From assembly GCF_006345805.1 (NCBI RefSeq), contig NW_021832664.1, forward strand, positions 1 to 29,836: DNA of 29,836 nucleotides. Direction: 5' to 3'. Shown one piece after another: positions 22,698-29,836 of the stretch. This DNA comes from Octopus sinensis. Its lineage: Eukaryota. The stretch's first letter is position 1; every line of letters begins with the position of its first letter. The notes beneath the pieces are model-generated. The model was not told where the DNA came from, did no database searches, and saw only the letters and a list, made by a program, of their open reading frames with translations. The position numbers and the translations under genes were made by a program.

Positions 22698-22799
22698 ATT
22701 ATAACCCTTACCAAATATGGTCTTTTCCATACCGATAAATCTACTAGGTGAAATTGATGAATTTTATTAAATTAATTATATTCCACCCTTTTTTGCATA

Positions 22800-22977
22800 G
22801 CGTATATATATATATATATATATATATATGTTTGTATAGATATATATATGTATAATATATGTTTGTATAGATATATATGTATGTTTGTATAGATATATAT
22901 AATATATATGTATATATAATATGTATATAATATATGTATATATGTATATGTATATTGTATATATATATATTATAATA

Positions 22978-23012
<35 letters not shown>

Positions 23013-23112
23013 ATATATATGTATATGTATATATATATGTATGTATATATATAAGTATGTATATATATAGTATGTATATATATATGTATGTATATATATA
23101 TGTATGTATATA

Positions 23113-23143
<31 letters not shown>

Positions 23144-23347
23144 GTATTATAATATATATATAATATATATTATATATATGTATATATATTATATATGTAT
23201 ATATATATGTATATATATTTGTATATATGTATATATGTATATATATATGTATATATATTGTATATATATATGTATATATATATGTATATATATATGTATA
23301 TATATATATATGTGTATATATATATATGTGTATATATGTATATATAT
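22800..23347. repeat. (TA)n/(TATG)n microsatellite
   Basis: Direct inspection. Confidence 0.9.
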
Positions 23348-23526
23348 ACGACGACGACGTCGTTGCTGGCTGAAACTTCGAAGTCACTGTCAACAGCAGC
23401 ATTCCTGATTTTAACTTATTTCATATCGCTTATATTATGACTGAACCTAAAAGGAGCATTTACATGTGTGTGTGTTTGCGTTTATCCCATACCACCGCTG
23501 TTGGTTTCTTTACGTTCCAGCAGCTG

Positions 23527-23597
23527 TGGTGGCTGTGTGGTAAGTAGCTTGCTTCCCAACCAAATAGTTCTGGGTTCAGTCCCACTGCGTAGGCACA
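23527..23597 (+). mobile_element. SINE family A head fragment
   Basis: GTGGCTGTGTGGTAAGTAGCTTGC...GGGTTCAGTCCCACTGCG. Confidence 0.8.
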
Positions 23598-23616
23598 TAC
23601 ATACATATATATATTA

Positions 23617-24031
23617 GGCGGTGAGCTGGCAGAAACGTTAGCACGCCCGGCGAAATGCGTAGCCGTATTTCGTCTGTCGATCCGTTCCGAGTTCAAATTC
23701 CGCCGAGGTCGACTTTGCCTTTCATCCTTTCGGGGTCGATAAATTAAGTACCAGTGATACACTGAGGTCGATATAATCGACTTAATCCGTTTGTCTGTCC
23801 TTGTTTGTCCCCTCTGTGTTTAGCCCCTTGTGGGTAATAAAGAAATAGGTATTTCGTCTGCCGTTACGTTCTGAGTTCAAATTCCGCCGAGGTCGACTTT
23901 GCCTTTCATCCTTTCGGGGTCGATTAAATAAGTACCAGTTATACACTGAGGTCGATATAATCGACTTAATCCCTTTGTCTGTCCTTGTTTGTCCCCTCTG
24001 TGTTTAGCCCCTTGTGGGTAGTAAAGAAATA
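23617..24031 (+). mobile_element. SINE family B, dimeric copy
   Basis: GGCGGTGAGCTGGCAGAAACG head and box B GAGTTCAAATTCC. The first unit ends TAATAAAGAAATA (23847) and the second restarts at GGTATTTCG. Confidence 0.9.
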
Positions 24032-24349
24032 TATATATATGGTATGTGTGTGTGGGTAAACACGCACGGCACACACACACACATGCATGCATACTATAAT
24101 ATACTTAGTATGCGAGGCTCCGATGAAGATATCAGTTGTTACTCAGGCACATTTGCATAGCAGAAACAGCTCTAAGCTAATGCAGTTCATAAGACAATCG
24201 TTTATTCCTCTGTCATATCAATTTCTTAATGTACAGCTCCGTTTCGTAACGCGTGTATATTTGAGTTTTAACACCAGCTTATTAAGTATCACTAATGCCC
24301 CAGGGAACAGTTTAAAACACATACATGCATCTATCCAGCCATCCATGCA

Positions 24350-24394
<45 letters not shown>

Positions 24395-24399
24395 TGTTA

Positions 24400-24578
24400 C
24401 TCTTTACTCTTTTACTTGTTTTAGTCATTTGACTGCGGCCTTGCTGAGGCACCGCCCTTAATCGAGCAACTCGACCTCGGGACTTATTCTTTTGTAAGCC
24501 CAGTACTTATTCTATCGGTCTCTTTTTGCAGAACCGCTAGATAACGGGGACATAAACACACCAGCATCGGTTGTCAAG
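24400..24578 (-). mobile_element. SINE family A, 3' half
   Basis: Reverse complement of the family 3' body and the AAGTAAAAGAGTAAAGAG tail. Confidence 0.85.
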
Positions 24579-25283
24579 CCGTGCCGCATTTCACTGACGC
24601 CTCACTTTTCACTACGCTTTTCTGTTTTATACACACACGCACACGCATATACACACACAAACACATTTGTATATAGTATATGTGCATATGTTTGTGTATA
24701 TAAAATATGTATATATAAATATATAGTATATGTATATATGTATATATAAATACCTAGTGTATATGCGTATATATATAGTATGTATGTGTATACATATATA
24801 TAGTATATATTATATAGTATATATGTGTATATATTTATATAATATATATATATATAGTATATATATATATATAATATATATATATATAGTATAAATGTGT
24901 ATATATATATAGTATAAATATGTATATATATATATAGTATAAATGTGTATATATATATAGTATAAATGTATATATATATATAGTATAAATGTGTATAAAT
25001 ATGTATATATATATATATAGTATAAATGTGTATATATATATATAGTATAAATATGTATATATATATAGTATAAATATGTATATCTTTATATAGTATAAAT
25101 GTGTATATATTTATATAGTATAAATATGTATATATTTATATAGTATATATGTGTATATATTTATATAATATATATATATATTATTTTTAAAGGTCCCCTA
25201 TATTAGACGGTCGCTCACGAATGGGGAATATATATATATACAGATATACATACATATATATATATATATATATGTATATTAAT

Positions 25284-25420
25284 ACTTAGCGGTTCGGCAA
25301 AAAGAGACCGATAGAATAAGTACTGGGCTTACAAAAAGAATAAGTCCCATTGTCGATTTGCTCGACTGAAGGCGGTGCTCCAGCCTGGCCGCAGTCAAAT
25401 GACTGAAACAAGTAAAAGAG
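25284..25420 (+). mobile_element. SINE family A, 3' part
   Basis: ACTTAGCGGTTCGGC...GACTGAAACAAGTAAAAGAG. Confidence 0.85.
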
Positions 25421-25720
25421 TATATATAGTATATATGTGTATATAGTTATATATAGTATATGTGTATATATTCATATATTATATATGTGTATATATTTAT
25501 ATGGTATAAATATATAATATATATATATAAATACGTATAATATATTGTGTAAGTATATAAATATATATTGTAGATGTAAGTACATATATGCATATATATC
25601 TATGTATGTGTATATATATATGTGGGTGTGTGTGTATATATGTATATACACATATATATATATATATATATTCATTTATATGTATGTATATCTGTGTATA
25701 AATATACATATATATATATA

Positions 25721-25912
25721 ACGTGGATAACTTTTAAAAATGCTTGATAGATTGCGGTTAATTCATTCTCTCTTACCTGTTTGTGTCAGCCTTCCAATTG
25801 CTGTTTACTGAGATCTCCCTTTTTAGTTAGAAGAAATAGCTAAAACCCTTTGACTGCTATTTCTAAATTCGGTATTTGGTAAGGCAATTCGTTGCTGAAC
25901 CCTTATTGCTTA
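25721..25912. mobile_element. Short repeat fragment related to the arms of the 22422-22697 element
   Basis: Aligns to that element over ~90 bp (TTTG[A/G]CTGCTATTTCTA...CGGTAT.TGGT...GCAA....TTGC...AACCCTTA). Confidence 0.55.
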
Positions 25913-25953
<41 letters not shown>

Positions 25954-26151
25954 TGTATATACATATGTGTGTATATATATATATATATATATTCATATGT
26001 ATGTATATATATATATATATTATTAACAATTAAGGAACGGCCATAATAGGCCATTCACCCACTAGAAATAACAGCCAAAGCTTCTACCGCAAATAAAGAT
26101 TAACCCCGTAAACAGGAGAAAATTAAAAAAAAAAAAAACATTTACCCTGTA

Positions 26152-26258
26152 ATTTCTTGTACGGTATACCGTTTCATCTGCTGTTTAATGGTAAACTAAC
26201 CTGATTAAATTAAATCAAGCCAATCTTCCATAAGCCCTCAGATTCTTCAGCAAGAAAT
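26152..26258 (-). ncRNA. Type I hammerhead ribozyme with extended stem II
   Basis: The - strand reads AUUUCUUG|CUGAAGA|AUCUG...~60 nt G:U-rich hairpin...CAGAU|GAAA|CGG-UAUA-CCG|UA|CAAGAAAU: perfect core, 8-bp stem I, GUA triplet, predicted cut 26160/26159. Confidence 0.85.
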
Positions 26259-26639
26259 AGCTCAAGTCGGAACAGATATTTACACGAGGCATACCCAATC
26301 CTGCCACGGCAATATCTGACCTAAAATTTTCAAATCGTCGCACTCGCGCCAAATTTATCGGCAGCAAATAAATATAAGCCGCGATTTCCAATTACGGAAT
26401 TAACCAAAAAATCAATTAATCAATATAGGGTGGCAAGGAAAATTTTGTAGAATTTTTTTGCCACCAGCGGCCCAGTGGGAAAAAAATAAATAGTCATAGA
26501 CCATTTTTAAGTTCAACATTAACAATTAAGGAACGGCCATAATAGGCCATTCCCCACTAGAAATAACAGCCAAAGCTTCTACCGCAAATAAAGATTAACC
26601 CCGTAAACAGGAGAAAATTAAAAAAACATTTACCCTATA

Positions 26640-26743
26640 ATTTCTTGTACGGTATACGTTTCATCTGCTGTTTAATGGTAACTAACCTGATTAAATTAAA
26701 TCAAGCCAATCTTCCATAAGCCTCAGATTCTTCAGCAAGAAAT
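26640..26743 (-). ncRNA. Second copy of the type I hammerhead
   Basis: Same fold in the second tandem unit, with a 1-nt deletion in stem III (real or sequencing error); predicted cut 26648/26647. Confidence 0.7.
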
Positions 26744-27042
26744 AGCTCAAGTCGGAACAGATATTTACATTTATCAGGTTAGTTTACCATTAAACAGCAG
26801 ATGAAACGGTATACCGTACAAGAATTACAGGGTAAATGTTTTTTTAATTTTCTCCTGTTTACGGGGTTAATCTTTATTTGCGGTAGAAGCTTTGGCTGTT
26901 ATTTCTAGTGGGTGAATGGCCTATTATGGCCGTTCCTTAATGTTAATGTTGAACTTAAAATGGTCTATGACTATTTAATTTTTTCCACTGGGCCGCTGGT
27001 GGCAAAAAAATTCTACAAAATTTTCCTTGCCACCCTATATTG

Positions 27043-27078
<36 letters not shown>

Positions 27079-27164
27079 TATGTATGTATATATATATATG
27101 TATATATGCATGTATATATGTGTATAAATATACATATATATATATATGTATACATGCATGTATA

Positions 27165-27245
<81 letters not shown>

Positions 27246-27363
27246 CCCACTCGTGAGAGACCGTCTAATATAGGGGACCTTTAAAAAATAATTCCTCGGA
27301 TTTCCCATTTAAACCCTTCTAGTGTGTGATATATATTTGTTCGTCTGTTGTTTTTTATATCTG

Positions 27364-27664
27364 ACTAGCGGTATCGCCCGGCGTTGCTCGGGTTTGTAAG
27401 GGAAATAACTATACAGCATTTTTAGAGAGTTATAGCCAAAAAATAGCAAAAAAATGCATTAAAAATGGAAAAAAATGATGGTAAATTGTTTTTAAAATCG
27501 TAGACTCATCGTAGACGCGCGCTAATACCCAGAAGGGCTCGATATGAATCACGACTATAAGATACCCGGTTTTGGTTAAACTGCACCGCAAAATGTGGGA
27601 GTAGTTAGGAATCTAAATCGAAGGGGACAGACACTCACACAACTACAGTTTTATATATAAAGAT
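27364..27664 (+). mobile_element. Non-autonomous Helitron/Helentron-associated (HINE/DINE-1-like) element
   Basis: Begins ACTAGCGGTATCGCCCGGCGTTGCTCGGG (terminal hairpin) and ends GACAGAC...TTTTATATATAAAGAT, the end pattern typical of HINE-like elements. Assignment is from pattern recognition. Confidence 0.55.
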
Positions 27665-27906
27665 ATCTTTCTATATTTTAACTGTTTGTCATTAGACTGT
27701 GGCCGAGCTGGGGCACCGTTTTATGGAATTTTAAATTGACTTTCATCGACTCCTGTACTTAATCATATTTCCCAAAGCTGGTCAATAGCGGAACCTCTCT
27801 AAATTGCGTGAATGCGAACACTACTACGGTTGTCAAGAGATGGTGTAGTCAAAGAAATACGCACACACTCGCACGTATATGTATATATAGGTATGTATAT
27901 ATGTAA

Positions 27907-28143
27907 GGCGGCGTGCTGGCAGACTCGTTAGCGCGCCGGGGGAAATGCTTAGCGGTATTTCGTCTGTCGTTACGTTCTGAGTTCAAATTCCGCCGAGGTC
28001 GACTTTACCTTTCATCCTTTCAGGGTCGATAAATAAAGTATCAGTTTCGCACTTGGTGGGGGGTCGATGTAATCGACTTAATCCCTTTGTCTGTCCTTGT
28101 TTGTCCCTTCTATGTTTAGCCCCTTGTGGGCAATAAAGAAATA
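27907..28143 (+). mobile_element. SINE family B, monomer
   Basis: GGCGGCGTGCTGGCAGACTCG head, GAGTTCAAATTCC box B, end CAATAAAGAAATA. Confidence 0.9.
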
Positions 28144-28212
28144 TATATTTATATATATGTGTGTCTATATATGTGTATATATATATATATACACACACAC
28201 ACATACTATATG

Positions 28213-28320
28213 TGTGGTAAGAAGTTTCTTTCACAACCACATGGTTCTGGGTTCAGTTTAGACAAGCGTCTTCTGCTATGAGTAAATTTGGTACAAGGAA
28301 ACTGAAAGAAGCCCAGCCGT

Positions 28321-28353
<33 letters not shown>

Positions 28354-28520
28354 GCATGTATTTGTCTGTGTTTATCCCCCGTCCCTCGTTTGACCACCGA
28401 TGTTGGTGTGTTTACGTCCCTGTATTCAAAAGTGACCGATAGTATAAGTACAAGGCTTAGAAAGAATAAATTCTGCGGTGTTACAGCATGGCCGCAGTCA
28501 AATCTCAGAAACGAAGAATA
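28213..28520 (+). mobile_element. SINE family A, diverged variant
   Basis: Shares diagnostic changes and the downstream microsatellite with 3281-3785. Confidence 0.8.
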
Positions 28521-28666
28521 TGTAGGCATATGTATATATGTATGCTTATAGCATATGTATATATATGTACATATATATTTGTATATATACATATATATTT
28601 GTATATATATAAAAATATACTCATATATAAATATATACAAATATATACATATTTAAATACACACAC

Positions 28667-28709
<43 letters not shown>

Positions 28710-29089
28710 TTAAATACATATATATATATATTAAATACATATATATATATTTTATAGATATATACCTTTAAATACATATATATATATATACATATTTAAT
28801 ACATATTATATATAGATAGATATATACATACTTAAATACATATATATATATATATATATACATATTTAAATACATATATAATATATATATATAATATATA
28901 GTATATTATATTATATCCAACTATATATATATATGTGTGTGTGTATATATACCCTAACCCGAAACGTAATAATCTCTATATACATATATTATGTCTATTA
29001 TGCATGTGTTACATTATATATACATATATATCATATACACATATATATGAATATATGTCAATGTATATTGCATATACGTATATATATAG

Positions 29090-29123
<34 letters not shown>

Positions 29124-29212
29124 GGCGAAAACTTTAAGTGCACAGAGCCAAATCAAACTGTCTAAATAGTAATAAAAGGGGTTTCAATAAGATATACTTT
29201 ATATATCGTCAT

Positions 29213-29363
29213 TCAGTCGTTAAACTGCAGCACAGCCCTGAGGAATTTTCAGTCGGATGGATTGACACTAGTACTTATATTTTGTTAAACCTGGTACTTA
29301 TTCGATAGGTTTCTTTGACTAAGAGGATAAGCTACGATAACGTAGACACACCAACACCGGTTT
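29213..29363 (-). mobile_element. Degenerate SINE family A fragment
   Basis: Residual motifs TCAGTC, AGTACTTAT, GGTACTTATTCGATAGG and ACACCAACACCGGTT. Confidence 0.45.
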
Positions 29364-29369
29364 CCAGTT

Positions 29370-29836
29370 GAGCTGGCAGAAACGTTAGCACGCCGGGCGA
29401 AATGCTTTGCGGTATTTCGTCTGTCGTTACGCTGTGAGTTCAAATTCCGCCGAGGTCGACTTTGCCTTTCATCCTTTCGGGGTCGATAAATTAAGTACTA
29501 GTTACGCACTGGGGTCGATGTAATCGACTTAATACCTATGTCTGTCCTTGTTTGTCCCCTCTGTGTTTAGCCCCTTGTGGGTAATAATGAAATAGGTATT
29601 TCGTCTGTCGTTACGCTGTGAGTTCTAATTCCGCCGAGGTCGACTTTGCCTTTCATCCTTTCGGGGTCGATAAATTAAGTACCAGGTACGGCACGGGGTT
29701 TTCGATGTAATCGACTTAATACCTATGTCTGTCCTTGTTGTCCCTCTAAGTTTAGCCCCTTTTGGGTAATAAAGAAATGGTATTTCGTCTGTGTTACGTT
29801 CTGAGTTCAAATTCCGCCGAGGTCGACTTTGCCTTT
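29370..29836 (+). mobile_element. SINE family B, trimer or longer (runs off the window)
   Basis: GAGCTGGCAGAAACG head; further units restart at GGTATTTCGTCTG at ~29595 and ~29779. Confidence 0.9.

Larger units (their letters stand above)
26022..27043 (-). mobile_element. Non-autonomous hammerhead-containing element (retrozyme / Penelope pLTR-like): 1.5 tandem ~490-bp units plus an inverted segment
   Basis: Unit starts at 26022 and 26518; the second unit ends at ~26769. 26773-27043 is the reverse complement of 26420-26691. No ORF of note. Confidence 0.8.

Noticed and set aside
22726-22770. CCGATAA-hairpin-GAAA hammerhead-like motif
   Set aside because: The C3/A8 combination is incompatible with the core and stem I does not pair after the cleavage position.
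21372-23440. Long ORFs such as the 358-aa and 211-aa Y/I/C/H-rich entries, and similar ORFs throughout the window
   Set aside because: They are translations of (TA)n/(GT)n microsatellites with no domain-like content.
24114-24290. Partial hammerhead-like motifs (CCGATGA...GAAACAGCTCTA on +; GAAACGGAGCTGTA on -)
   Set aside because: Stem II does not form or the core needs several substitutions; at best decayed relics, possibly chance.

Overview
This is AT-rich, microsatellite-dense eukaryotic DNA made almost entirely of retroelements; I found no host protein-coding gene. The SINE and RTE sequences resemble octopus (cephalopod) repeats, which is recognition from memory, not a database result. 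Three long LINEs lie on the + strand: a CR1-type element (~4850-9123), an apparently full-length Tx1/L1-clade element (11051-16314) and an RTE element (~17300-21372). There are also many copies of two tRNA-like SINE families, a Helitron/HINE-like non-autonomous element and several Penelope-like remnants. Most notable: (1) the Tx1 element sits exactly 30 nt downstream of a TATA box in a ~527-bp tandem repeat of unknown identity, with a 16-bp TSD, an extra G and a second target copy at its 5' end, suggesting sequence-specific targeting of a promoter; (2) a ~490-bp non-coding tandem unit (26022-27043) carries complete type I hammerhead ribozyme folds on the - strand, and a second minimal variant hammerhead lies at 2373-2410 next to a Penelope GIY-YIG remnant; (3) SINE family B shares its 3' end with the Tx1 LINE and forms tandem multimers at a fixed junction. 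Many ORF frameshifts are 1-bp indels that may be long-read assembly errors.
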